This document shows positions 38,633 to 48,619 of a stretch of 62,578 bases of DNA, in pieces. Both the position numbers and the translations under genes were made by a program. The notes below the pieces were generated by a model that was not told the origin of the DNA, made no database searches, and saw only the letters and a program-made list of their open reading frames with translations. Source of the stretch: a candidate division TA06 bacterium ADurb.Bin131 (GTDB taxonomy: Bacteria > Ratteibacteria > UBA8468 > B48-G9 > DTJG01); the NCBI GenBank assembly GCA_002070645.1, contig MWDQ01000026.1:1-62578 (forward strand). The letters are read 5' to 3'. Positions within the stretch are counted from its first letter, which is position 1. Each line of letters starts with the position of its first letter.

Positions 38633-39891
38633 TTAACCACCTCGTCTGGATGAGAAATCTTTCCCTTTATTGCTGATGCCATTGCTACCTCAGGATTTGC
38701 AAGATAAACCTCACTCGATGGATGACCCATCCTTCCAATAAAATTCCTGTTTGTTGTTGCAATCGCCACCTCACCACTTCCAAGTACTCCCATATGTCCG
38801 CCGAGACACGGTCCACAGGTAGGCGGACTTATAACACAACCCGCCTCAATAAAAATACCTATAAGTCCCTCTTTTACTGCCTGCTGATATACACGCTGTG
38901 TTGCAGGAATTATTATTGTCCTTACTTCAGGATGAACCTTTTTTCCCCTGGCAATTTTTGCAGCATTTCTCAAATCAGTTATTCTGCCATTTGTACATGA
39001 ACCAATAACAACCTGGTCTATTCGAATACCCGAGACATCTCTGACATCCTTCGAGTTACCTGGAAGATGAGGGACCGCAACCTGTGGTTGGATTACATCC
39101 ACATTTATCTCTATTATGCCTTCATAGCGTGCGTCACTATCATTTCTTAAAAATACTGATTCCCTTTTTCGTTGAAGCAAAGACACAAATTCCTCTGTGA
39201 TTTTATCTGGAATTATAATCCCATTTTTGGCACCTGCCTCAATCGCCATATTACAAATGGTAAATCTATCATCGCAGGCCAGAGATTCTATCACTGTACC
39301 TGAAAACTCCATTGTTTTATATCTTGCTCCATCAACCCCAATCTTCCCTATGGTATAAAGAATTAAATCTTTCCCACCAACATAATTGTTAAGCCGCCCA
39401 TTATAGACAAACCTAATGGTCGGGGGCACCTTCAACCATACCTTTCCAGTAATCATTGCAGCAGCAACATCAGTACTTCCTACCCCTGTAGAAAAAGCCC
39501 CAACAGCGCCATATGTACAGGTATGACTATCTGCGCCAATAATAAGATCTCCTGGAAGGGTAAAACCTTCTTCTGGAAGAAGTGCATGCTCAATTCCAAG
39601 TTTTCCAATTTCATAAAATATAACTCCATATTTACGGGCAAAATTTCTAAGAATTTTTACCATTTCAGCACTTTTTATATCCTTACAAGGAGTAAAATGG
39701 TCAGGAACAAGAACAATTTTCTCAGGATTGAAGACCTTCCCAATACCTGTGCTCTCAAACTCTTCAATCGCAAGTGGACCAGTTATATCATTTGCAAGTA
39801 TAAGATCAACATCTGCTTCAATAAATTCACCAGGAAAAACCTCCTTCTTCCCGGAATGTAACGCAAGTATTTTTTCTGTTATTGTCATCAA
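38629..39891 (-). CDS. leuC: 3-isopropylmalate dehydratase large subunit
   Basis: Aconitase-family Fe-S ligand regions are present (GADSHTCTYGA, GSCTNGR, CGPCLGG). Confidence 0.92.
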   Translation of the reverse strand: MMTITEKILALHSGKKEVFPGEFIEADVDLILANDITGPLAIEEFESTGIGKVFNPEKIVLVPDHFTPCKDIKSAEMVKILRNFARKYGVIFYEIGKLGIEHALLPEEGFTLPGDLIIGADSHTCTYGAVGAFSTGVGSTDVAAAMITGKVWLKVPPTIRFVYNGRLNNYVGGKDLILYTIGKIGVDGARYKTMEFSGTVIESLACDDRFTICNMAIEAGAKNGIIIPDKITEEFVSLLQRKRESVFLRNDSDARYEGIIEINVDVIQPQVAVPHLPGNSKDVRDVSGIRIDQVVIGSCTNGRITDLRNAAKIARGKKVHPEVRTIIIPATQRVYQQAVKEGLIGIFIEAGCVISPPTCGPCLGGHMGVLGSGEVAIATTNRNFIGRMGHPSSEVYLANPEVAMASAIKGKISHPDEVVK

Positions 39892-39942
39892 TAATTTCCT
39901 TTTTATGGTAAGTATTTTCGAAATATTAGACAGGGAATACTG

Positions 39943-41475
39943 TTATGCCCCGCGATATTTTTTCTTCGTAATACTCTTTCTGGCAAAAAATTGATTTATT
40001 GCATTGAGGTATGCCCTGGCGCTTGCTTCAATAATATCTGTGCTAAGTCCTTTGCCAACAACGCTCAAATTATCAATCATAAGAGAAACAACTACCTCTC
40101 CCTGGGCATCTTTCCCACCTGTCACAGAAGAAATCTTATAATCCTGTAACTTTGGTGAAAGATTTACAATCCTATCAATTGCCTTATAAAGAGCATCCAC
40201 AGGCCCATCTCCAAGCGAAGCATCCTCAAGAATTTCATCCTTTTTCCGAATCCTGACCGTTGCGCTTGGCAATGTCGATGTCCCTGATAAAATATGAAAA
40301 TACTCAAGAATATACACTGGTTCAATAGAGGGCATTATCTCCTGTTCAGCAAGAACAATTAAATCAAGATCATTAATTTCTTTCTTCTTATCTGCAAGAT
40401 TCTTAAATTGTTCAAAAATCCTATCGAGTTTTTCTTCATCCACAGTTATACCAAGTGACTTTAACCGTAAATTTAACGCATGCCTTCCTGAATGTTTCCC
40501 GAGAACAAGAGAACTTTCAGGAATACCAACCATCTGCGGACGCATAATCTCATATGTTTTCCTGTATTTTATTACACCATCCTGATGGATTCCTGCTTCA
40601 TGTCTAAAGGCATTTTCGCCAACTATAGCCTTATTGGGTTGAACTGGAATACCAGTCAAAGAAGAAACAAGTTTACTGGTCCTGTAAATGTGTTTTGTTT
40701 CTAACCCAACTGAAACCTTATAGTGGTCTTTTCTTATAATTAAATTCATTGCTATCTCTTCAAGAGAAGCATTACCGGCTCTTTCTCCAATTCCGTTAAT
40801 TGTACATTCAACCTGTCTTGCGCCATTTTTAATAGCAATAAGCGAATTTGCGACCCCAAGACCGAGATCATTATGACAATGCACACTTATTACTACATTA
40901 TCAGGGCTTTTTTCTCTTAAAAACTTTATTAAGGCCCCATATTCTTCAGGCACAGCATATCCAACTGTATCCGGAATATTCAATGTTTTAACTCCTTCTT
41001 TAGAAACAGTTTCACAAACCTGAAGCAAAAAATCTGGTTCTGTGCGTGTTGCATCCTCTGGAGAAAATTCAATGTCATCAATGTACTTTGCTGAAAATCT
41101 TACCATATCTCGAGCGATTTTTATTATTTCATCCTTTGTTTTGCTAAGCTTAAATTTTCTATGAATTTCAGATGTTGCAAGAAAAAGGTGCAGGCGAGGA
41201 TGTTCTGCTACTTCGAGAGATTTTAATGCGACCTCTATATCTTTTGTTACACATCTCGCAAAAGCACAAATTATAGGACCTTTAACTTCTTTACCAATTA
41301 GTTTCACTGCGTATGCATCATCCTCGGACGCAATAGGAAATCCAGCCTCAATAATATCAACATTCAACTTTGCTAGTTGTTTTGCTATTGTTAATTTTGC
41401 GCTGCTGGTTAACGATGCACCCGGAGATTGTTCCCCATCCCTCAAAGTGGTATCAAAAAATATAACCTTTTCCAT
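39943..41475 (-). CDS. leuA: 2-isopropylmalate synthase
   Basis: FDTTLRDGEQSPG and HCHNDLGLGVANS are present, plus a C-terminal LeuA regulatory domain. 510 aa. Confidence 0.93.
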   Translation of the reverse strand: MEKVIFFDTTLRDGEQSPGASLTSSAKLTIAKQLAKLNVDIIEAGFPIASEDDAYAVKLIGKEVKGPIICAFARCVTKDIEVALKSLEVAEHPRLHLFLATSEIHRKFKLSKTKDEIIKIARDMVRFSAKYIDDIEFSPEDATRTEPDFLLQVCETVSKEGVKTLNIPDTVGYAVPEEYGALIKFLREKSPDNVVISVHCHNDLGLGVANSLIAIKNGARQVECTINGIGERAGNASLEEIAMNLIIRKDHYKVSVGLETKHIYRTSKLVSSLTGIPVQPNKAIVGENAFRHEAGIHQDGVIKYRKTYEIMRPQMVGIPESSLVLGKHSGRHALNLRLKSLGITVDEEKLDRIFEQFKNLADKKKEINDLDLIVLAEQEIMPSIEPVYILEYFHILSGTSTLPSATVRIRKKDEILEDASLGDGPVDALYKAIDRIVNLSPKLQDYKISSVTGGKDAQGEVVVSLMIDNLSVVGKGLSTDIIEASARAYLNAINQFFARKSITKKKYRGA

Positions 41476-41570
41476 ATATCCTTTTTCTACTATTAAATGG
41501 TATTGAAATTTTAAGTGCAGGATATTTTAACTTATTTGACAAAAAAAGCAAAAATGTATAAATTTATAAG

Positions 41571-42260
41571 ATGGAAAAAATAAGATACTATGTCATTTTT
41601 TCAATTTTTGCGGCTGCAATACTGTTAATTTTCTCTGGTTGTTCAAGAGAAAACATACAAACAAAAACAGTTATTGACGATAAATTGCTTCAAGAAGCCA
41701 TTATCTATGGAAAATCAAAGGCAGGGGTATCTGATTACGAGTTTATGGAACCCTGGAGTGTTTATCTCGGATATGAAGTAGGAAAGGGCAGAGTTGTCTA
41801 TTATACTCCATTCCTTCATGCAGCACGCCTTGCAAAAAACGCAGTGGATAAGCACTTAGAACCAGATATAAATATTATAAGAAAAGCTGTATCCAGTAAA
41901 GCAGGCACCATAAATTTTTTGATCCTTGTTTATGCAAATGATCCCGAGGCATCAAGAAGAATTTATACATACCTGATATACAACAATATAAAAATAGAGC
42001 CTGTGTATAAATATTTCCCACCCTATGGAGAATTCAACCGTGATTATTACCAACAGATTAATGGAGAAGTAAGATTTCCAAGGAAAGGCATACCAGATGA
42101 TGCAATAGTCAAGTTATGTGTAGAAATTTTGCCCTCTGAAAAAAAGAATAAAGAAGATATGCACGAACATCATAAGGATGAATCAACAATAACAGTTGGT
42201 GAACAAGCCCCTGAACATACAAAATCAGAGTTTACCTTTAACCTTTCAAAATACCGTTAA
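41571..42260 (+). CDS. Hypothetical lipoprotein
   Basis: A signal peptide with a lipobox-like LIFSGC is present. There is a His-rich patch (MHEHHKDE) near the C-terminus. I recognise no family. Confidence 0.65.
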   Translation: MEKIRYYVIFSIFAAAILLIFSGCSRENIQTKTVIDDKLLQEAIIYGKSKAGVSDYEFMEPWSVYLGYEVGKGRVVYYTPFLHAARLAKNAVDKHLEPDINIIRKAVSSKAGTINFLILVYANDPEASRRIYTYLIYNNIKIEPVYKYFPPYGEFNRDYYQQINGEVRFPRKGIPDDAIVKLCVEILPSEKKNKEDMHEHHKDESTITVGEQAPEHTKSEFTFNLSKYR

Positions 42261-42278
42261 ATATTGGGTGATTTATAA

Positions 42279-42929
42279 ATGGAATATAGATATCTCGATG
42301 AGCCTCTTTGTAATTATATTGAAAATCTTTCTGCAAAAACTCCATGTCCTGGAGGCGGAAGTGCTTCAATCCTTTCATTATCACTTGCAAATGCACTTAT
42401 TCTTATGGTATGCAATTTTACTGTAGAAAGTAAAATCGTTGATGAGACCTCACACAAAATCTCGAAAGAAATACTCGATAAAGCAAATGAAGTCCAACAA
42501 TACATAAACAAGGGCATTGAACAAGATAGTATAATCTATCGAGAAATCCAGAAAACAGCAAAACTTGCCAAAAAAGATTTTAATAACAAAAAATCATATT
42601 ATGACGCATTAAAAAATTCAGTAGATTTTCATTTAAAAATGCTTAACTATTGTAATGAAATTTTAGAATGGAGTAAAACCCTGGTTGAAAAAGGAAATCC
42701 CTATCTTATAAGCGACATTGGTGTTGCAACATCTCTGATTTCAGGAGTAATAAAAGCAACAAGAATAAATATTTTCGTAAATCTGCGCGAAATCCAGGAT
42801 AAAAAATATATATCTGAAATTATCAATAGAGTCGAGAATAAATCTGGAATTCTTATAGATACATCTCAAAAGATAATTTTGTCTGTTGAAAAGAAACTTT
42901 CAAATTTGGAAAATATGGAGGGAAAATGA
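42279..42929 (+). CDS. Cyclodeaminase/cyclohydrolase family protein (FTCD C-terminal domain-like)
   Basis: PCPGGGSASILSLSLANAL is the family hallmark. It is all-helical, and its stop overlaps the folD start. Confidence 0.75.
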   Translation: MEYRYLDEPLCNYIENLSAKTPCPGGGSASILSLSLANALILMVCNFTVESKIVDETSHKISKEILDKANEVQQYINKGIEQDSIIYREIQKTAKLAKKDFNNKKSYYDALKNSVDFHLKMLNYCNEILEWSKTLVEKGNPYLISDIGVATSLISGVIKATRINIFVNLREIQDKKYISEIINRVENKSGILIDTSQKIILSVEKKLSNLENMEGK

Positions 42930-43786
42930 GTGGACAAATTCTGACTGGAAAAGAAGTGGCAACAAAGATTAAGCAGGAAGTAAAAATAGAACTGGAAAAA
43001 ATTAAAGAAAAAGGTATAAATCCAAAACTTGTTGCTATACAGGTTGGAGAAAATTCTTCGTCTCAGGTTTATCTTAATGCACAAAAGAAAAACTGCCAGA
43101 CAATGGGAATCCTCCATGAAGTCAAAAATCTTGAACCAGACATATCGGAATCAGAACTTATCAATTTTATTGAAGAAATGAATAAAGACAAATCAGTAAC
43201 AGGAATAATTCTCCAGTTACCCCTTCCCCAGGGTATGGATGTGAGAAAAATTCAATCGAGGATATCCCCTGAAAAAGACGTTGAAGGAGTGAATCCTGCA
43301 AACCTCGGATGGATTGTATATGGCAGGCCTCTTCTTGCTCCATGTACCGCACTTGCGGTAAAGGAATTAATCTATTCTACAGGGGTTGATTTGTACGGTA
43401 AAGAAGTTGTTATGGTAGGACACAGCGATATCGTTGGTAAGCCGGTCGCACTGCTTCTTGTTGATAAGTTTGCAACTGTGTGTATCTGTCATATTGGAAC
43501 AAGTGATAAAGGTATGCTCGAGCAGCATGTAAAGAGGGCAGAAATACTCATTGTGGCTGTCGGCAAAGCACATCTGATAAAAGGAGAATGGATAAAGGAA
43601 GGTTCTATTGTGATAGACGTTGGAATAAATAAACTCAATGATAAAATTGTTGGAGATGTCGAATTTGAAACAGCAAAAGAACATGCTGGTTGGATTACTC
43701 CGGTGCCTGGAGGGGTTGGACCAATAACCACCGCTGTATTACTAAGAAATACAATAATTGCTGCAAAACTAACATCTTGTCTTTAA
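42926..43786 (+). CDS. folD: Bifunctional methylene-THF dehydrogenase / methenyl-THF cyclohydrolase
   Basis: LPLPQGMD, VMVGHSDIVGKP and VPGGVGPIT are present. Confidence 0.93.
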   Translation: MSGQILTGKEVATKIKQEVKIELEKIKEKGINPKLVAIQVGENSSSQVYLNAQKKNCQTMGILHEVKNLEPDISESELINFIEEMNKDKSVTGIILQLPLPQGMDVRKIQSRISPEKDVEGVNPANLGWIVYGRPLLAPCTALAVKELIYSTGVDLYGKEVVMVGHSDIVGKPVALLLVDKFATVCICHIGTSDKGMLEQHVKRAEILIVAVGKAHLIKGEWIKEGSIVIDVGINKLNDKIVGDVEFETAKEHAGWITPVPGGVGPITTAVLLRNTIIAAKLTSCL

Positions 43787-43801
43787 CACCAAAGGAGGAA
43801 T

Positions 43802-45496
43802 ATGTTAAGTGATCTTGATATTGCACAGAAAGCAGAAATAAAGGATATCCAAGAAATTGCATCCGACGCAGGAATAGAAGAAAAATATCTTGAACTTTAT
43901 GGTAACTACAAAGCAAAGGTTTCACTTGAAATATTAAAAGAGATACAGGGTAATCCAGCAGGAAAATATATAGATGTTACAGCCATTACACCCACACCCC
44001 TGGGTGAAGGAAAAACTGTAACCACCATTGGTCTTTCACAGTCCATAAAAAAACTCGGGAAAAAGGTTTTTACATGCATCAGACAACCCTCTCTTGGTCC
44101 TGTTTTTGGAATAAAAGGAGGCGCGGCTGGCGGCGGATATTCACAGGTTATACCAATGGAGGATTTTAATCTTCATCTAACTGGAGATGTTCATGCCGTA
44201 GGGCTTGCTCATAATCTTCTTTCAGCGTTTATTGATAACTCTCTGTTAAAGAATAATCCATTGAATATTGATCCTCTTTCAATTACCTGGCCAAGGGTTG
44301 TAGATGTAAGTGATAGGGCATTGCGCAATATTGTTATTGGCCTGGGTGGAAAAGAAAATGGGATACCGAGAGAAACAGGTTTTGATATCACTGTAGCATC
44401 AGAAGTAATGGCAATACTTGCTCTTACCTCTGATATCTTTGATTTAAAAAAAAGATTGCAGAATATTATTATCGGCACAAGTAAAAATGGAAACCCTGTA
44501 ACCGCGTCTGATTTGCGCGCTGCAGGCGCAATGACAGTTTTACTTAAAGATGCTATTAAGCCAACATTAATGCAAACTCTCGAACACACTCCTGTGCTTG
44601 TTCATGCAGGGCCATTTGCCAATATTGCTCATGGAAATAGTTCAATTATTGCGGACAAAATCGCGATACGTCTGGCTGATTATGTTGTTACAGAAAGCGG
44701 TTTTGGTGCTGACTGCGGATTTGAAAAGTTTGCCAATATCAAATGCAGATACAGTGGAATGAAACCTGATTGCGTTGTTATAGTTTGTTCAATCCGTGCA
44801 TTAAAAATGCACAGTGGACAATTTAAAGTTATCCCCGGCAGACCCCTTGATAAAAAGATTATTCAAGAAAATCTACCTGCGATAGAAAAGGGTGCTGAAA
44901 ATCTCAAGAAACACATTGAAAATGTTGGTCTCTTTGGAATACCTGCTGTTGTGGCAATAAACAAATTTTCCACTGATACTGACAAAGAAATAGAACTTGT
45001 AAAAGAAATTGCATTAGGGGCGGGCGCTAAAGCAGCAGAAATAAGCGATGTATGGGCAAAAGGAGGAGAAGGAGGAATTGAAATTGCAGAGGCAGTATTA
45101 AACGCATGCGAAGAAAAAAATAATTTCAATTTTCTTTATCCCCTTGAAAAACCTATAAAAGAAAAGATAGAAATCATCGCAACAAAAATTTATGGTGCAG
45201 GAAAAATTTCTTATTCAGCAAGTGCAGAAGAAAAAATCAAAATGTTCACAAAATGGGGATATGACAGACTCCCTATATGCATGGCGAAAACACACCTTTC
45301 CCTTTCTCATGATCCATCCCTTAAAGGTGCTCCGAAAGGATTTACACTTCCAGTTGAAGACGTGCGACTTTCTGCTGGAGCAGGTTTTATATATCCGTTA
45401 TGCGGAAAAATGAGAACAATGCCAGGATTACCATCAGAACCCGCAGGTACACATATTGATATTGATGAAAAGGGTAGGGTTGTTGGACTTTTTTAA
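43802..45496 (+). CDS. fhs: Formate--tetrahydrofolate ligase
   Basis: SDLDIA, TPTPLGEGKTT and FANIAHGNSS are present. RBS AAAGGAGGA. Confidence 0.95.
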   Translation: MLSDLDIAQKAEIKDIQEIASDAGIEEKYLELYGNYKAKVSLEILKEIQGNPAGKYIDVTAITPTPLGEGKTVTTIGLSQSIKKLGKKVFTCIRQPSLGPVFGIKGGAAGGGYSQVIPMEDFNLHLTGDVHAVGLAHNLLSAFIDNSLLKNNPLNIDPLSITWPRVVDVSDRALRNIVIGLGGKENGIPRETGFDITVASEVMAILALTSDIFDLKKRLQNIIIGTSKNGNPVTASDLRAAGAMTVLLKDAIKPTLMQTLEHTPVLVHAGPFANIAHGNSSIIADKIAIRLADYVVTESGFGADCGFEKFANIKCRYSGMKPDCVVIVCSIRALKMHSGQFKVIPGRPLDKKIIQENLPAIEKGAENLKKHIENVGLFGIPAVVAINKFSTDTDKEIELVKEIALGAGAKAAEISDVWAKGGEGGIEIAEAVLNACEEKNNFNFLYPLEKPIKEKIEIIATKIYGAGKISYSASAEEKIKMFTKWGYDRLPICMAKTHLSLSHDPSLKGAPKGFTLPVEDVRLSAGAGFIYPLCGKMRTMPGLPSEPAGTHIDIDEKGRVVGLF

Positions 45497-45500
45497 TCAT

Positions 45501-46889
45501 ATGATGAAAATAAAACCAGAAACTATTGTTGAACAAATAAAAAAATTTGGGAAGGATAATCAAATAACTCCATATCTTGTAGGAGGTTTCTTAAGAGATA
45601 AGTTTCTAAGAAGAAGAAACCACGACATTGATATTATGGTGGAAAAAGACGCACTTGAATTTGCCCGTAATTTTGCAAAGGCATATAGGTACCCATCACC
45701 CATATTCTACGGAAGATTTGGTACAGCAATGATTGAGATAGAAAAAAATAAGATTGAGTTTGCAACCGCAAGAAAAGAGAGTTATAACGAACAATCAAGA
45801 AAGCCACATGTGCAGCCGGCCACTGTATTAGAGGACCTTGCAAGACGGGATTTTACCATCAATGCAATGGCTCTTAATTTGATAACAAATGAGTTTATAG
45901 ATCCTTTTGGCGGAAAAAATGACATCAGGTCCAGAATTATTAGAACACCTATTGATCCTGATAAAACATTTTATGATGACCCTCTTAGAATTCTTAGGGG
46001 CATCAGATTTGCTACTATTTTTAATTTTACAATTGAACCAGATACAAAACAGGCAATGAAGAAAAACGCAAACCGGTTGCTTATAGTAAGTCAGGAAAGA
46101 ATCGCTGACGAAATTATAAAAATAATATCTGCAAAGATACCCAGTACTGGTTTTTTTCTTCTCTATGAAACGGGTATCCTCGAAATTATATTGCCGGAAG
46201 TTGCGTCATTAAAAGAAAAGAAAACACACCATCCTTGCAAGGAACTTTTTGAACACACACTTCAGGTGCTTGATAATACCGCAAAACTTACAAAAAGTCC
46301 TGCATTAAGAATTGCTGCGTTATTACACGATATCGGCAAACCAAAAACCCTTAAGGTGGAAAATGGCAAGGTTTCCTTTCACAGACATGAAATTGTTGGC
46401 GCAAAAGCATGTTTGAAAATATGTGATAGATTGAAACTCTCCCAGAAAGACACAGAAATAATAAGCCGTATTATAAAATATCATCTAAGACCACACCTTC
46501 TTGCAAAGGAAAATCCAAAGGATAATGCACTTGCAAGATTCATAAGAGAAATTGGCCCGGATATGAAGGGCCTTTTCATCATTGCGCAGGCAGATATAAC
46601 AAGTCAGAATCAAAAAAAAGTGAAACAGGCAAGAGAAAAAATTTTAGACCTCTATGAAAGAATTAAGGCATTAAATAAAAAAATGCGGCTTGCAAGGTTT
46701 AAACTTGCTATTAACGGCTTTGATATAATGAATATACTTAAAATACAACCTGGGAAAAACGTTGGAAATGTAAAGAAAAAACTTGAAGAAATGGTATTGA
46801 ACGGAGAACTACACAATAAAAAAACAGTTCTAAAAAAATACCTTAAGGAACATTGTACACTATTTATATCAGAGGAAAAACAGAAATGA
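45501..46889 (+). CDS. cca: CCA-adding tRNA nucleotidyltransferase / poly(A) polymerase family protein with an HD domain
   Basis: LVGGFLRD, DIDI, RRDFTINA and an HD motif (LLHDIGKP) are present. The start is taken at the MMKIKPE methionine, and the ORF-track extension overlaps fhs. Base numbering here is +/-1 because of homopolymer runs. Confidence 0.85.
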   Translation: MMKIKPETIVEQIKKFGKDNQITPYLVGGFLRDKFLRRRNHDIDIMVEKDALEFARNFAKAYRYPSPIFYGRFGTAMIEIEKNKIEFATARKESYNEQSRKPHVQPATVLEDLARRDFTINAMALNLITNEFIDPFGGKNDIRSRIIRTPIDPDKTFYDDPLRILRGIRFATIFNFTIEPDTKQAMKKNANRLLIVSQERIADEIIKIISAKIPSTGFFLLYETGILEIILPEVASLKEKKTHHPCKELFEHTLQVLDNTAKLTKSPALRIAALLHDIGKPKTLKVENGKVSFHRHEIVGAKACLKICDRLKLSQKDTEIISRIIKYHLRPHLLAKENPKDNALARFIREIGPDMKGLFIIAQADITSQNQKKVKQAREKILDLYERIKALNKKMRLARFKLAINGFDIMNILKIQPGKNVGNVKKKLEEMVLNGELHNKKTVLKKYLKEHCTLFISEEKQK

Positions 46890-47389
46890 ACCAGAAAACA
46901 ATGGATATATTATGGGCACCGTGGAGAATGGAATTTATTAAAAAGAAAAAAAGCAGGGGGTGTTTTCTTTGTGAAATGATAAAAGGGAAAAACACAGAAT
47001 TTCTGATATGGAAGGGTAAATACTCTATTGTTGTGATGAATGCCTATCCATATAACAACGGGCATTTAATGATTGCCCCAATCAAACACACAAAAGATAT
47101 AAACCATATAAGTGAAAAAGAGGTACAAGAAATATTTTCTGCATTAAAAGAATGTGTTCAGATATTAAAAAAGGTTATGAAGCCAGATGGATTTAATGTT
47201 GGTATTAATCTTGGTAAGTGTGCTGGAGCAGGTCTTTTAGGACATATTCATATTCATATTGTGCCAAGGTGGAACGGAGACACAAACTTTATGCCTGTTA
47301 TCTCGGCAACAAAGGTAATACCACAATCTCTTGAACAACTATCAATTATTCTGAAGAAAAATTTTTCCAATTACAAAGAGGATAGGTAA
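46886..47389 (+). CDS. HIT-family nucleotide hydrolase/transferase
   Basis: The histidine triad GHIHIHIVPRW and the N-terminus LWAPWRMEFI are present. The ATG overlaps the cca stop (ATGA). Confidence 0.85.
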   Translation: MNQKTMDILWAPWRMEFIKKKKSRGCFLCEMIKGKNTEFLIWKGKYSIVVMNAYPYNNGHLMIAPIKHTKDINHISEKEVQEIFSALKECVQILKKVMKPDGFNVGINLGKCAGAGLLGHIHIHIVPRWNGDTNFMPVISATKVIPQSLEQLSIILKKNFSNYKEDR

Positions 47390-48619
47390 ATGTATATCGC
47401 AGATTTTCATATCCATTCAAAATATAGTCGCGCAACAAGCAAGAATATGGATATAGAACAGTGCACCACATGGGCAAAAACTAAAGGTATTTCGCTACTG
47501 GGAACAGGAGATATAACTCATCCTTTATGGTTTTCTGAAACAAGAAAAAAATTGCAGATGTCAGACAGAAAGGGTATATATTCATATAATGGAGTGGATT
47601 TCATTTTAACAGGTGAAGTTAACAACATATTTCCAAAAAACAGGTTCACGAGAAAAATTCACAACATCGTCTTTTTTTCATGTTTTGAAGGCGCTGAAAG
47701 ATTTAATAAAACCCTTGAAAAATTCACTGAACTTCTCGTAGATGGAAGGCCTATATTACAGATTGATACAAGGACGCTTATAAAAATGGTCAGAGACGCG
47801 GACCCTGATGCTTTTGTTGTACCAGCACATATATGGACACCTCATTTTTCGCTCTTTGGCGCAAATTCAGGATTCGATAGAATTGAAGATTGTTTCGAAG
47901 AAGAAACCTCCAGTATTCTTGCACTTGAAACTGGTTTAAGTAGCGATCCCCCAATGAACTGGCTGCTCTCATCCCTCGATAGATTTACATTAATCTCAAA
48001 CTCTGATGCACATTCCCCGCAGAAAATTGGGAGAGAAGCAAACGTATTCTCAAATCCATTCAGTTTTTATGAACTGAAGGAAATATTAAAAACCCAGGAT
48101 AAAACCAAATTCCTTTTCACAATTGAATACTTCCCCGAAGAAGGAAAATATCATTACGATGGCCACAGATTATGCAAAATTCGCTTTTCCCCGGACGAAA
48201 CCATAAAAAACAGATTTTTATGCCCAGTATGCGGTAAAAGAGTAACAGTTGGGGTAATGCACAGAGTATGCTCACTTGCAGATAGAAAAAATCCTGATGA
48301 AAGGAAAAACAGAATTGACTATAAACACCTTGTGCCACTAGATCAAGTGATTGCCTCTGTCTATCAAAAAGATGTTGAATCAGTCCTTACACAACAGATT
48401 TATAAACAGGCAATAGAAAAGATAGGACCCGAACTAAAAATATTGCTTGAAATACCAGAACAGGAACTTTTTTCCATACTTCCCAAAGAGGTTGCTATAG
48501 GGATAAAACTTGTGAGGGAAGAAAAATTAATTGTTATTCCTGGATATGACGGTGAATTTGGAACAGTTAAAATCAATCCTCTACTTTCCGAAAATCAGGT
48601 CCAGCAGACCCTTTTCTAA
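47390..48619 (+). CDS. PHP-domain protein resembling endonuclease Q (EndoQ)
   Basis: The N-terminus ADFHIHSKYSRATSK, then GTGD, PAHIWTP, ETGLSSD and SNSDAHSP. A Zn-finger-like CKIRF...CPVCGKRVTVGV follows, then a C-terminal IVIPGYDGEFG. By recall the order and spacing match archaeal EndoQ. Confidence 0.7.
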   Translation: MYIADFHIHSKYSRATSKNMDIEQCTTWAKTKGISLLGTGDITHPLWFSETRKKLQMSDRKGIYSYNGVDFILTGEVNNIFPKNRFTRKIHNIVFFSCFEGAERFNKTLEKFTELLVDGRPILQIDTRTLIKMVRDADPDAFVVPAHIWTPHFSLFGANSGFDRIEDCFEEETSSILALETGLSSDPPMNWLLSSLDRFTLISNSDAHSPQKIGREANVFSNPFSFYELKEILKTQDKTKFLFTIEYFPEEGKYHYDGHRLCKIRFSPDETIKNRFLCPVCGKRVTVGVMHRVCSLADRKNPDERKNRIDYKHLVPLDQVIASVYQKDVESVLTQQIYKQAIEKIGPELKILLEIPEQELFSILPKEVAIGIKLVREEKLIVIPGYDGEFGTVKINPLLSENQVQQTLF

